The notes: a model not told the origin generated them from the letters alone. A stretch of DNA of 64,000 nucleotides from a virus (IMGVR_UViG_3300034101_005931:1-64000); one strand, 5' to 3'. Positions 27,681 to 37,551 are shown, counted from the first letter of the stretch. Numbers and translations are program-made.

Positions 27681-28183
27681 AAACATTTAAATCTTTTTAT
27701 ATAGAAGAAAAGAGTAAGCTTGATCAACTTCAAGCTGCTCTCGATGTTGCAGGATTTGAGCCTACCGTAGGTACAGGTGCAGATGCAGTTAACACAATAA
27801 TTTCTGGCCTTAGAGCTGCAGCAGCAAAAAATACCGATCAAAGAAAGGAGCATATAATTAATGCAGGCATTTCTGCAATATCTATGATTCCCTTTGCTGA
27901 TGTAATTAAGCTTTTAAAACTACGTAAATTAGGAAGACCTGCCACAAAAATAGCTGCAGGAGGAGCTCGTGGATTAAAAACATTTGGAAAACAACAACAA
28001 GCATCAAATAGATTTGGAATACAAGAAAAATCAATTCATGATCCTGTTCGTCCTGGTATTCTTAAGAGACAAGTTAAAGGTAAAATGACCTGTTCAAAGG
28101 CACGTACCTTAAAAGGTAAGCAAAAAAATAAAGGTAACAATACAGCTAAAGCAGCCCAGAGATTTTTGAACTATCATTGCTAA
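27677..28183 (+). CDS. Putative internal head protein
   Basis: N-terminus MKTFKSFYIEE; LDVAG...GADAVN...ISMIP segment; basic C-terminus. Confidence 0.55.
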   Translation: MKTFKSFYIEEKSKLDQLQAALDVAGFEPTVGTGADAVNTIISGLRAAAAKNTDQRKEHIINAGISAISMIPFADVIKLLKLRKLGRPATKIAAGGARGLKTFGKQQQASNRFGIQEKSIHDPVRPGILKRQVKGKMTCSKARTLKGKQKNKGNNTAKAAQRFLNYHC

Positions 28184-28194
28184 AATATTATAAC

Positions 28195-28282
28195 GGGTAG
28201 ATGGCAGAGCGGCTTATTGCATCGGTCTTGAAAACCGAAGAACAGAAATGTTCCGTGGGTTCAAATCCTACTCTACCCGCCA
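28195..28282 (+). tRNA. tRNA-Ser(UGA), second copy
   Basis: TCGGT-CT-TGA-AA-ACCGA; long variable arm; G73, CCA. Confidence 0.95.
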
Positions 28283-28794
28283 TTTTCATAAAAAATATTT
28301 GTACAACCTAAAACATACTCTATAGGATAACAACACTGTAATTCTATAGCTGTGTTTAAACTTGCGGTATTTTTAGCATTAATACCTACATAAAACGTTT
28401 TAATATTAGAGTTAAGTTTCATTAATTTATGAATAACAATTGTTGCTAGTCTCTTGTTACTATTTTTTATAAATTTCTTTTCTTTTAAGGCGAGTTTAAG
28501 AAGATTGGGTAATATGAAAATACTAAAAACATTATTTGTATCTATATAAACTGTGCCAACTGCAAATTCACCTAAACATATTCTATATATTTCTTTGTAA
28601 TTGTTCTTTTTTAGGTATTGAATGTGCTGCTCGTATGTAGGTGGTGTAGGTGGTGTTTTGTAGGTAATATTAACAGTTTCATGGAACCTCCATCTATATA
28701 AAACAACATCATAAAGAAATTTTTGATCTGTTTCGTTTAAGACATCAATTGACTTAAGTTTAATATCCTGCTCTTTATAATAACCAGTGGCCAT
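28273..28794 (-). CDS. GNAT-family N-acetyltransferase-like protein
   Basis: TYEQHIQY, AVGTVYI, INAKNTASL (PseH/RimJ-like). Confidence 0.6.
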   Translation of the reverse strand: MATGYYKEQDIKLKSIDVLNETDQKFLYDVVLYRWRFHETVNITYKTPPTPPTYEQHIQYLKKNNYKEIYRICLGEFAVGTVYIDTNNVFSIFILPNLLKLALKEKKFIKNSNKRLATIVIHKLMKLNSNIKTFYVGINAKNTASLNTAIELQCCYPIEYVLGCTNIFYENGG

Positions 28795-29608
28795 ATTCTT
28801 TCATTCTTTCAATTTTTGTATTATTCCGTCTCTCAATTCTTTCATTTGTCATTTTATACATCCACGTATTTTCCGATGTATTATAATGAATACAATAACA
28901 AATATTTCTTATATTATCCTGCACTTCTTTAACTTTCCAGATATTATAATTTGTAAATAGAAAAGAATTCAACCAACGCGATTTGATTTCTTTAAAGTGC
29001 TTTTGCATAACAGCTTGACCTACATCATTATCATCTATGCATAACGGATCTTTTCTAAGTTGATCTAAAAACTTTGGATACCAAGTAGGTGTTGCATAGA
29101 ATATTATAAAACCAAACCCGCCTTTTTCACGTGGAATTCCAGATGTCAACTCCTCATAAGACAAATCCATATAAGCTCCTATATCATATTTTTCAGTTAT
29201 TAATTTAGACAAACGATCAAAAGGTACCTTCAAAAATATCATATCAATATCCGAATGGATTACGTTAATATTATTTTCGCACGCAATGTGACCAATACAA
29301 TAGGCTTTACATATATGGTGCTTTTCTTTGTACGCTTTTCTGAGCAGAAACACTTCTTCATCTTCACTATTAACAAGTGTTTCTTGATCTACGTACATAC
29401 ATGTCATACCATGCTCTACGGCATACGTATATGCCGTAGCGTCTAGACAAACTACAATTACATTATCATTAATACCTAGTTTTTGCAGATGTTTATACCA
29501 GTTTAATAGTAATGTGCAAAACTCACCCGTAATAAATGTTAAAATTATATTTTTAGTATTTAAAGCTCTATCAACTTGATAAGAATTGACAATAAAATCT
29601 TTTAACAT
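28775..29608 (-). CDS. Nucleotide-diphospho-sugar transferase (GT-A, GT77-like)
   Basis: LLLNW...VVCLD, VIHSDIDMIFL (DxD), IHYN. Confidence 0.75.
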   Translation of the reverse strand: MLKDFIVNSYQVDRALNTKNIILTFITGEFCTLLLNWYKHLQKLGINDNVIVVCLDATAYTYAVEHGMTCMYVDQETLVNSEDEEVFLLRKAYKEKHHICKAYCIGHIACENNINVIHSDIDMIFLKVPFDRLSKLITEKYDIGAYMDLSYEELTSGIPREKGGFGFIIFYATPTWYPKFLDQLRKDPLCIDDNDVGQAVMQKHFKEIKSRWLNSFLFTNYNIWKVKEVQDNIRNICYCIHYNTSENTWMYKMTNERIERRNNTKIERMKEYGHWLL

Positions 29609-29632
29609 AAGGTCTATATTTTTAATTGTTTT

Positions 29633-29947
29633 TTGTTAATTATCAACTACTATATATATATGATTGAAATTATAAGAGAGGTATCGGGGCTCATCATGAT
29701 GATCTGTTTCATGTTATGCTACATACCACAAATATATAAGATTTACAAAAATAAGTCGTCAAATGATGTATCATTAATGCTGGTTATTATGTCATTAGGT
29801 GGCTACATTTCTGGAATGGTATATTTGTTTACTTCGACCTTTGGATTATGGTGGTTTATTAATTATTGTGTGGGAGTAGTTATGTGCTTGCTATTAATGC
29901 ATGCATGGTTTAAATTTAAAAAAGATAAAGAGTATGACTCTTACTAA
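29633..29947 (+). CDS. PQ-loop / SemiSWEET-like membrane protein (true start probably 29660)
   Basis: YIPQIYKIYKNKSSNDVS; three TM helices. Confidence 0.85.
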   Translation: MLIINYYIYMIEIIREVSGLIMMICFMLCYIPQIYKIYKNKSSNDVSLMLVIMSLGGYISGMVYLFTSTFGLWWFINYCVGVVMCLLLMHAWFKFKKDKEYDSY

Positions 29948-29963
29948 ATAAAAAAAATTATAT

Positions 29964-30037
29964 GGGGGGTTAGTTTATCGGTAAAACATACGGTTTACAT
30001 CCGTAGGTGAATGGTTCAACTCCATTACCCCCTACCA
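29964..30037 (+). tRNA. tRNA-Val(UAC)
   Basis: TACGG-TT-TAC-AT-CCGTA; CCA. Confidence 0.95.
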
Positions 30038-30043
30038 CTTTAA

Positions 30044-30418
30044 ATGAAAAAAGTAATAACAGTAGATTTTGATGAAACTCTGGTTGTGCCTTACCCTACA
30101 GCTTACGGTGGTTCAAGCTTACATATTGTACCTAAAATAGAAGAAATTATTCGCTATGAGCACAGTATAGGTACAGATGTATACATTGTGTCTTTCCGGA
30201 AAGAAAAAGATAGAGCTGAAATGGAGAGAGTAATAATGGTTAACAAATTGCCTATTAAAGGTATTATTTGCACTAACATGGAGCCTAAATTACCTTTCTT
30301 GAAGAAGTTAAATTCAAGACTACATATAGATGATGACTTTTTTACATGTCAAGAGGCTAAAAAAGCTGGTATTGATGTTCGTCTGGTTGATAAGCCTGGT
30401 AATCTTATCAAGTTGTAA
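30044..30418 (+). CDS. HAD-superfamily phosphatase
   Basis: VDFDETL, IVSFR, K, HIDDD motifs. Confidence 0.8.
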   Translation: MKKVITVDFDETLVVPYPTAYGGSSLHIVPKIEEIIRYEHSIGTDVYIVSFRKEKDRAEMERVIMVNKLPIKGIICTNMEPKLPFLKKLNSRLHIDDDFFTCQEAKKAGIDVRLVDKPGNLIKL

Positions 30419-30614
30419 AAGTCTAGATATTGCTGGAAATTACTCTTACACTAAAGAGGAAATATCTGAAAAACATCGTAATGAAATCGTTATGACTTAT
30501 AACGGTAATATTAATGGTATTCCTTATAAAGCAAAACAAAAAATAAACCACGACCCTTTGTATCCTGATAAACCGGCTTATTATGAAGCTTCATATGAGC
30601 TTTGGTTTTGGTAA
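30330..30614 (+). CDS. Putative lipoprotein
   Basis: Hydrophobic stretch then LSSC lipobox; ends in aromatic residues; start uncertain. Confidence 0.5.
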   Translation: MMTFLHVKRLKKLVLMFVWLISLVILSSCKSLDIAGNYSYTKEEISEKHRNEIVMTYNGNINGIPYKAKQKINHDPLYPDKPAYYEASYELWFW

Positions 30615-30693
30615 TTAAGACTTAAAAGCATAAAAGAGCACAAACCATATTGCGAATGCTAAAAAGTAATATATCACATAAGATATTTATTCG

Positions 30694-33006
30694 TTAAATA
30701 ATCTCACATGCACCACCGGAGCATGCTTGAGCTGCGAGTGTATCGATATCTACATGCTCGGCTCGTTCTTCTATAGTGATTTCCCAATCGATTTCTTTAT
30801 ACTCTCTCTTGAGATCACACCAGACTTTCCAGAGATGGACGTGTTTTAAGCAGTATGTACATGTACGTACATCGCCTTCAAAATACCTTACTGCAAATTG
30901 TTTAGCTCTACGAATCCAATCGTACTTGTTAAACCATGAATCGTATGCCTCCTTAGCAAGAAAATATTCTGCTAAAGCTTTATTAGATCTGTTATTTGGG
31001 TATTCAGGCTTAACCATGTCTTCTGGTTTAGCTAATTTTTCACCATAACCATTTAAAGCATCACATGCCTTCCAGAGATCTTGAAACGCTTTAAGCCCAT
31101 CAACAATTACACCTGAAGCAAATACAGCTGCATCACCGTATTCTCTTACAATTTCATTTGGTGTGAGTACAGTAGAAAACGGAGCTTGGTTATAATCTAA
31201 ATCACCAGAAGCCGGTAGTAATGAAATGCCTGCAAACCATTTTTGGTTATCAAAGATAAACTTCTCTACATCATCCCACTCTTCATCTTTGACTGTGATA
31301 GTATTAGAAATATTATGACGGATATAAGGCTGAGCACAAAGATCTACATTAGTACCGGCTTCTACCCAGTTTTGTTGAGCTACTAGAACATTTTTAAGTA
31401 AATCAACAGCCCCTAATTGATTCTTTGTAATAGCACCTTGTGGTACCTCACATAAGAATGAAATGACTTTGTCAGTCTTATTTGTAGACCAAACAGACTC
31501 CTCTACAGCTACAGGATTCTGTCTTTCGAATTCTTGAAGACAGAACTCGGTTTTGTTAGCCTGTACTCTACGAATATATCTACGAGCGTGGTGAGGGTGA
31601 ATGCCTGATGAAGTGCCGAGAATACAGGAAGTCGATCCTGCTGGTTTAGTACAAGTTGTACGCGCTGATTGATTAATACCCAAAAGCTGAGCTACCTTTT
31701 TATTAACCTTTTTTACTTCTTTAGCGCCTTTTTTCTGTATTTCAGGATTCAGAAGAATTTCTGGGTTATCCATAATACCGGTAATAGATACGCCGAGAAG
31801 AGCTTCTCTTTGAACTATCTCCTTAGTAGCTTCAGTGAGATATTTAAAATCAGTATAGCCTGCCTGTAATGTACCAATAATGGAAGCTGCTCTACAACAT
31901 TGTAGAAAATTCTCTTCTGTATCGCAGAAGCGTCCGTTGATTTCTGTCAAATTACAAAACTCCCAACCAGACCTGCCATCCGCAGTTTTGGGATACAGAG
32001 CAATTTCTACACAAGGATTATAGCAGATATCAACATCGCTCAACCAAACAAAGCCCGGTTCACCAAATTGCTTTGTACTTTGCATTAGTTCGCGAAACTG
32101 CTCTTTGGTTACTTGTCCTTTAAGAAGAGCTGCACTATTATTGCTTCTACCTCTTTGAGGATTAGTAATAAACCAATCACCTGTCTTAGCTGTAGCCATC
32201 TCCTTATCCTCTAAGGAGAAAAGACAAAGTGTTGCTGAACGACGGACACCACCTGATAACACAGCATCACCGATATGCATAATAATATCATAGCAATTGA
32301 TAGGACGAAGCTTCCCTGCCCATTCATCAGTTTTGAATTCTGGACTATTAATACGTTTTTCAATTAACGCTTCAATTTTCTGCATTGAATTAAATAACCC
32401 CTCTGGACCAGGAGCTAAAAACTGATTAGCAACTAATGTGCCCTTCGGTCTTATTTCACTATAATCAAATACAACTGTTTTACCTTTATACTCTTTCCAT
32501 TCTTCATCATTCGAATCAAAATATGATGCCATTAAAACACCAACAGCATCAGACCACCCTTCAATTGAGTCACCTACTATATGTGTTTTAGAGGAGCTTG
32601 ATCTTTTTTTGATGTTAGGAAGTTTTTGAATGTGAGGGTATTGAACAGAGAAACCAACACCGCAACCGCAAAGAAGGACATACAAAGCTTCTGCAAAGAC
32701 ACGCTGACGATCAATATGAGTGGCAGAGCAATTATATAGGCGTACATTATGTTTTAAGATAGGTGCACCTCCAAACTGTAAAGTACGCTGAGCTGCTAGT
32801 ACTCTTTTTTTCTTTTGCTGCTCTTCTGCAAAATCTATTTCTTCTGCCAACTGCGGTTCCTTTTGCAATTGATCCTTATAATAAAGTCTGTGCATATTAT
32901 AGACTCGCTCAACTGCTTCGGACCACGTCTCTCTGCGTTTATGCTCCGGTAAATAATGTGAATATCTAGAATAAAACGTGTAATCGGAAAGTGACTTTAG
33001 ACTCAT
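30694..33006 (-). CDS. nrdJ: Class II (B12-dependent) ribonucleoside-triphosphate reductase
   Basis: YNCS, GCGVGFS, GGVRRSA, NPCVEI, FCNLTE, TCTKPAGS, C-terminal ACSGGACEI. Confidence 0.9.
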   Translation of the reverse strand: MSLKSLSDYTFYSRYSHYLPEHKRRETWSEAVERVYNMHRLYYKDQLQKEPQLAEEIDFAEEQQKKKRVLAAQRTLQFGGAPILKHNVRLYNCSATHIDRQRVFAEALYVLLCGCGVGFSVQYPHIQKLPNIKKRSSSSKTHIVGDSIEGWSDAVGVLMASYFDSNDEEWKEYKGKTVVFDYSEIRPKGTLVANQFLAPGPEGLFNSMQKIEALIEKRINSPEFKTDEWAGKLRPINCYDIIMHIGDAVLSGGVRRSATLCLFSLEDKEMATAKTGDWFITNPQRGRSNNSAALLKGQVTKEQFRELMQSTKQFGEPGFVWLSDVDICYNPCVEIALYPKTADGRSGWEFCNLTEINGRFCDTEENFLQCCRAASIIGTLQAGYTDFKYLTEATKEIVQREALLGVSITGIMDNPEILLNPEIQKKGAKEVKKVNKKVAQLLGINQSARTTCTKPAGSTSCILGTSSGIHPHHARRYIRRVQANKTEFCLQEFERQNPVAVEESVWSTNKTDKVISFLCEVPQGAITKNQLGAVDLLKNVLVAQQNWVEAGTNVDLCAQPYIRHNISNTITVKDEEWDDVEKFIFDNQKWFAGISLLPASGDLDYNQAPFSTVLTPNEIVREYGDAAVFASGVIVDGLKAFQDLWKACDALNGYGEKLAKPEDMVKPEYPNNRSNKALAEYFLAKEAYDSWFNKYDWIRRAKQFAVRYFEGDVRTCTYCLKHVHLWKVWCDLKREYKEIDWEITIEERAEHVDIDTLAAQACSGGACEII

Positions 33007-33118
33007 AATAGTGAAAGGTATTTTATGATAGTATTTACAAAATGAAACTGAAAATACGATCTTTTAAAAATTAAAAGTTATAAAAAGTTTTAAATATTGA
33101 TTTTTTAATAGTTCCAAT

Positions 33119-33126
33119 TATAAATA
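33119..33126 (+). promoter_or_regulatory. T4-like late promoter
   Basis: TATAAATA upstream of Hsp20 5' UTR. Confidence 0.65.
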
Positions 33127-33132
33127 ATGTTG

Positions 33133-33744
33133 CTCTGGTGCTCATTCTAGAGGCTAGAACTCATTAACCTTGTCTAAAAGAAAGGAAACAAAAACATATG
33201 AGTAATACAAACATGATAACAATACCGGAAGGATCCGGATACACAGTAGGTCGCGTGGAGTGGTCTCCATTGCAGGTAGCTCGTCAACTACCTGCGCTGT
33301 TTAGCGATCATTGGCTCGCTGATCTGTTCGATGGAATAGATATTCCAGCAAAAGCGTTTGATGTCCCAGGGACTCACTATCCTTATGATGTCAAAGTGCT
33401 CACCAATAACGAAGGTGAGGTCTACAGATATGAAATTGATGTAGCTCTTGCCGGAATCGGTAAAGAAGGTATCAAAGTCAAAGTAAAAGATGGTTATTTG
33501 ACTATTGATATTAGTAAAGAAGAGGTCGAAGAAAAATCGCATATCAAATATGCGAGAAAAGGAATCAGCAAAAGAAAGGCTACAATGTCGTTTCACCTAG
33601 CTGAAAACGTAGATGTCAAAAGCATCTCGTCCGATTACAAGGATGGTTTACTCAAGGTTACCGTCCCTGTAAAGCAGCCTGAGGTCTACAACGTAGATAT
33701 AAAGGTTGACTGATTAGTTTTTAGTTTCTGCTTGAGCACCAGAG
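33133..33744. repeat. 12-bp perfect inverted repeat bracketing the Hsp20 gene
   Basis: CTCTGGTGCTCA (33133-44) / TGAGCACCAGAG (33733-44). Confidence 0.8.
33198..33713 (+). CDS. Small heat shock protein (Hsp20/alpha-crystallin)
   Basis: YPYDV, ALAGIGKE, KGISKR, YKDGLLKVTVP. Confidence 0.92.
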   Translation: MSNTNMITIPEGSGYTVGRVEWSPLQVARQLPALFSDHWLADLFDGIDIPAKAFDVPGTHYPYDVKVLTNNEGEVYRYEIDVALAGIGKEGIKVKVKDGYLTIDISKEEVEEKSHIKYARKGISKRKATMSFHLAENVDVKSISSDYKDGLLKVTVPVKQPEVYNVDIKVD

Positions 33745-33814
33745 GCATTTAATAAATATTTGAGTCTAAGTTATCTCTGTCGCGGGAATAAGAGTTTTCG
33801 CGAAGGAGGTAAAT

Positions 33815-33922
33815 ATGACAACAATAATAACAGCTATTACAATCTACAACATAAGCGTATTGTTTATTGGGTATTTTGTAATGCTCACAGAAGTGTTTGA
33901 CAGACCCACTCGTAGTAAATGA
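33815..33922 (+). CDS. Small single-TM peptide (35 aa)
   Basis: SD AAGGAGGT; MTTIITAITIYNISVLFIGYFVMLTEVFDRPTRSK; own terminator. Confidence 0.65.
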   Translation: MTTIITAITIYNISVLFIGYFVMLTEVFDRPTRSK

Positions 33923-33941
33923 GTTTGGCAGACATTTTTGG

Positions 33942-33973
33942 ATAAAGGCGGCATTGCCGCCTTTATTTTTTTC
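33942..33973 (+). terminator. Rho-independent terminator
   Basis: ATAAAGGCGGC-ATT-GCCGCCTTTAT then T tract. Confidence 0.85.
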
Positions 33974-34007
33974 TTGATGAGATAGGAATTTCCTTTATTA
34001 TATTTAC

Positions 34008-34274
34008 ATGACTTGTGCAAACTGTAGTTTGTTTATCGAACCTGAACGTATTAAAATGTTACCAAATACAAAAGTGTGTTCTACATGCGCTCAGCAATAC
34101 ATTAAACTAAAGCCTAAAAAAGGTATCATGATATACGGTCATAAAACTGCAGGTGAAATGCAGGTGGTGTCCGTAGAAAATTTTAGAGACTATCGCAGAT
34201 TAAATCCTTACGGAAGACATACAGGCCGCGGGTCAGGCATTCATCGAGTCTCAAAAGCAACAGAATACGTTTAA
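34008..34274 (+). CDS. DksA/TraR-type C4 zinc-finger protein
   Basis: CANC...IEPERIKMLPNTKVCSTCA. Confidence 0.7.
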   Translation: MTCANCSLFIEPERIKMLPNTKVCSTCAQQYIKLKPKKGIMIYGHKTAGEMQVVSVENFRDYRRLNPYGRHTGRGSGIHRVSKATEYV

Positions 34275-34663
34275 TGGTTAACTATATTATAGAGAGTGCA
34301 GGCTCCCCTGATAGTGAGAAAAATGATTGTACTGTTCGTGCATTGGCTATTGCGACTGAAACACCATATATAAAAGCATATGCTAAGTTAGCTACTGCAG
34401 GACGAAAACGTAATAGAGGTTTTCATATATGTAAAATATTAAAATCTGGCACAGTTCACTTTAATCATGTTTTTAAAAAACTAAAATTTCGTAAAGCAAT
34501 TACTTTACAAAAGTTTATTCAAAAGTATCCTACAGGCACTTTTTATGTACAAAAATATGCACATGTTTTTGTAATTAGAGACAGTGTAGTATTAGATACA
34601 TATAGGCCGGGACCCTATACTCGTATCACTAAAGCTTGGGAAGTTACAAGATTGCAATCATAA
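34274..34663 (+). CDS. Conserved phage protein with Cys-His-Asp pattern
   Basis: NDCTVRALAIA...HVFVIRDSVVLDT. Confidence 0.65.
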   Translation: MVNYIIESAGSPDSEKNDCTVRALAIATETPYIKAYAKLATAGRKRNRGFHICKILKSGTVHFNHVFKKLKFRKAITLQKFIQKYPTGTFYVQKYAHVFVIRDSVVLDTYRPGPYTRITKAWEVTRLQS

Positions 34664-35247
34664 AAATCTATTATAAATTAAGTTATATGCCTAATCTTGA
34701 CCCGGTACAGCTTAAACAAATTTTTACAACCACAAAGAGAAGCAAAGATTTTTTTACTAAGTCATTCAAGTCGTTTGTAGAAACAGGTACACATGTGGGG
34801 TCAACTATCATAGCTCTGCATCCTTATTTTGAAAAACTATATACAATCGAAATAGCAGAACAACTGTATAATACATGTAAAAATGAATTTGAGAGACGAA
34901 AGATAAACAACGTAGAGCTTGTCATGGGAGATTCTGCGAAAATAATTCCGGAGTTTATTCGAAAAATTAATACTGATACTGTTTTTTGGCTTGATGGTCA
35001 CTGGTCGGGAGGTGCAACAGGCAAGGGTGATAAAGATGTGCCCCTTTTAGAAGAAATAAAGTCAATAAATGATTTTCCTTATAAAGCTGGTATTATCATT
35101 GACGATGCAAGATTATTTGGAACTAGTATAAATGAAGACTGGTCAGAAATTACCGAACATAACATTATTAATGTACTGCATGATAGTAGAGTAGAAGATT
35201 ATTATTATTGTAATGACAGATTTGTCATACTCTATAATCAAATATAA
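34636..35247 (+). CDS. SAM-dependent methyltransferase-like protein (true start probably 34687)
   Basis: FVETGT, YTIEI, GDS, FWLDGHWSGG, IIIDDARLF. Confidence 0.75.
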   Translation: MGSYKIAIIKIYYKLSYMPNLDPVQLKQIFTTTKRSKDFFTKSFKSFVETGTHVGSTIIALHPYFEKLYTIEIAEQLYNTCKNEFERRKINNVELVMGDSAKIIPEFIRKINTDTVFWLDGHWSGGATGKGDKDVPLLEEIKSINDFPYKAGIIIDDARLFGTSINEDWSEITEHNIINVLHDSRVEDYYYCNDRFVILYNQI

Positions 35248-35249
35248 AC

Positions 35250-35609
35250 ATGTCCGCTTCTAACGATAATCTATATAAAATGTTTGGACCTACGTCCTGT
35301 TCACCTGATGAGATGTATCAACCAGTAGCAAAAAATTATTTTATTGTAGGTTATAATATAAAAGACGACAGGCATCGATCCTTTGGTTTTTTCCAAACGC
35401 TTGTTGGGGCAAGAAAAACTATACTTTCACAGTGGAAAGATATGGAGGAGTGTTACTATGATGCATTTTTTATAGAAGAGTTTAGCGAAGGTATTTTTAA
35501 AATCGGTAATATTGAGGAGTATTATGAAATTAATATGGAAACACGTTCTCTAGTTAAAAAAGATGTACCTCTTGTTTTAAGAACCCGGGTTAATTGGTCA
35601 ATAGGATAA
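35250..35609 (+). CDS. Hypothetical phage protein
   Basis: RSFGFF...DMEECYYDAFFIEEFSEG. Confidence 0.6.
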   Translation: MSASNDNLYKMFGPTSCSPDEMYQPVAKNYFIVGYNIKDDRHRSFGFFQTLVGARKTILSQWKDMEECYYDAFFIEEFSEGIFKIGNIEEYYEINMETRSLVKKDVPLVLRTRVNWSIG

Positions 35610-36451
35610 TTATGAATACACACGCATTATCATTTACAGTCAACAGTATCGAAAAAAACTTCGATGTAGAAGCAGAGCATTTTAAGCGGGGGTTGAATGA
35701 AATTCAGTTGCAGGACCCTCTTTTTGATGAACCTTCTTTTTTGAAAAACGGCTATATGATAGCCAAGGTACCAGAGATGTGGCATGAAACAATTATTAGC
35801 TCTATTAAGAGCTATATACTTAACGCTTTAAATGTAAATGGAGTCAATCCCGAGAATTTTCAACTAGATCAATATCACACCTATGTAAATGATAAAATAC
35901 ATCAAAAAGTAGTCGATAGTTTTCGTGGAGGAATGGATGGCTATAATGGTATTCCAATCGAACAATTAAATATACCAATACCAGATATTGACTCTTTTAT
36001 TAATAAAACAATTCAAAGCAATAGACCGGTTTCTATACATGTACAAAAGTTAGGATTATCTATTAAAAAATTTTGGATAAGAATAATACGACCTAATACA
36101 AACGACAATAATCCACCGCATAAAGACAGCCATTTAGAGAGAAATAGAAATATGGTTATATCTTTTTACCCGATTGTAGGTTGCAACGAAAAATCCTCAT
36201 TACCTATTATACCTGGCTCACATCTAGAACCAGAAAGTGAATATATAGTATCTTCTTCACCTTCTTTTGTAGACAAAAAAGAGTTTAATGTACCTGCAAT
36301 TGTTCATAGAAATAAGGGATTAAATTTAATAACACCTAATCCTAAAGAAGGTGAAATATTAATTTTTACACCCGAACTTATTCATGGCGGTGGGGTCAAT
36401 TTAAATACCAATATTACACGTATTTCACTAGAAATGCGATACTTTAATTAA
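35594..36451 (+). CDS. 2OG-Fe(II) dioxygenase (PhyH-like)
   Basis: PHKD, IIPGSH, IHGG...RISLEMR. Confidence 0.8.
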   Translation: MVNRIIMNTHALSFTVNSIEKNFDVEAEHFKRGLNEIQLQDPLFDEPSFLKNGYMIAKVPEMWHETIISSIKSYILNALNVNGVNPENFQLDQYHTYVNDKIHQKVVDSFRGGMDGYNGIPIEQLNIPIPDIDSFINKTIQSNRPVSIHVQKLGLSIKKFWIRIIRPNTNDNNPPHKDSHLERNRNMVISFYPIVGCNEKSSLPIIPGSHLEPESEYIVSSSPSFVDKKEFNVPAIVHRNKGLNLITPNPKEGEILIFTPELIHGGGVNLNTNITRISLEMRYFN

Positions 36452-36481
36452 TCTCACATTTAGTGCCATAAATATATATGT

Positions 36482-37168
36482 ATGGCTAATGTAAGAATTA
36501 AAGATTTACCACTTAATGTACCGACAAGACAGAGCTGGCTACCTTTTGAAGTAATAACTTCAGGTGCATATACTACATCAAGAGCGACACTTTCTTCTAT
36601 TATTGCTATTGGATCTAATGCATTATGGCAATCTGCTAGCACAACAGTTAGTGCATTGAGTTCAAATTGGCAAAATAATACTACTAGCTATACCAATGAT
36701 AAGCCTGTATTATCAAGCGGTTATTTAACGACAAAAGCCTTTAGTGGATTTTGGTTAGATGCCTATAATTTTGTTAATGCTGGTAAAAATACTTGGGATA
36801 CAGGAGCTGTGCGTGCAGCACGTGCATATACTACTGTGCAAGATCTAAGTACATCATGGACAAGTGCAAGATCAACGGTATCAGCGCTTTCAGCTCGATG
36901 GGAGACCAGTTACACAACATTTTACGGAATTAGTGCAAATCTTCCTCGAAAATTTGCTACTACGTTTGGAAACGGGATTAATAATCCTAATACTATAACA
37001 CATAACTTAAACACAAGAGATGTGATAATAAGCGTAGCGTTAAATGCACCGCCATACACCGTTACACTGCCTTCTGTGATTACATGCGATACGGTAAATA
37101 CTGTCTCTATTACAATGCCATCTACACCAACAACTAATCAATATAGAGCTACAATTATTTCTGCGTAA
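36482..37168 (+). CDS. Virion/fibre-like protein
   Basis: VRIKDLP start, TVSALSSxW repeats, ITHNLNTRDV C-terminal domain. Confidence 0.65.
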   Translation: MANVRIKDLPLNVPTRQSWLPFEVITSGAYTTSRATLSSIIAIGSNALWQSASTTVSALSSNWQNNTTSYTNDKPVLSSGYLTTKAFSGFWLDAYNFVNAGKNTWDTGAVRAARAYTTVQDLSTSWTSARSTVSALSARWETSYTTFYGISANLPRKFATTFGNGINNPNTITHNLNTRDVIISVALNAPPYTVTLPSVITCDTVNTVSITMPSTPTTNQYRATIISA

Positions 37169-37425
37169 TGATTACGTTTAACAGCTTTTATACCGAAAAC
37201 AATAAACCTAATACCATTAAAAAAGGAGATAAGGTTATTGATACTAATGCTAAATGTAAGCACTATAAAAGTGAAGGTAAAGTAACAAAGGTAAAACAAC
37301 TTAAGGACTCAAAAGGTAATACTGTAGGTAATACAATATGTTATAAATGTTCTAATTCTGGCAACTCATGGGATAAAGGCGAAGAACTAGAAAAAACTGA
37401 GATACAGCTTAAAAGAAATAATTAA
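37168..37425 (+). CDS. Small SH3-like protein with head-targeting-like N-terminus
   Basis: MITFNSFYTE; IKKGDKV...GKVTKV. Confidence 0.5.
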   Translation: MITFNSFYTENNKPNTIKKGDKVIDTNAKCKHYKSEGKVTKVKQLKDSKGNTVGNTICYKCSNSGNSWDKGEELEKTEIQLKRNN

Positions 37426-37551
37426 AAAAACGACTTATTACAGCTTCTAGTATCGTTTTTTCTAATCATATAAGCAATTTCACTTATATCTTGTTTTAAG
37501 ATGGTTGTGAAGTATAGGAAGAGTGTGTGTAAGAATATTCTCATTTAAAGA

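Noticed and set aside
30694-33006. Intron or intein in nrdJ
   Set aside because: Single continuous 770-aa ORF with all motifs in order and no splice-junction signatures
33131-33165. CIRCE operator upstream of hsp20
   Set aside because: Does not match TTAGCACTC-N9-GAGTGCTAA
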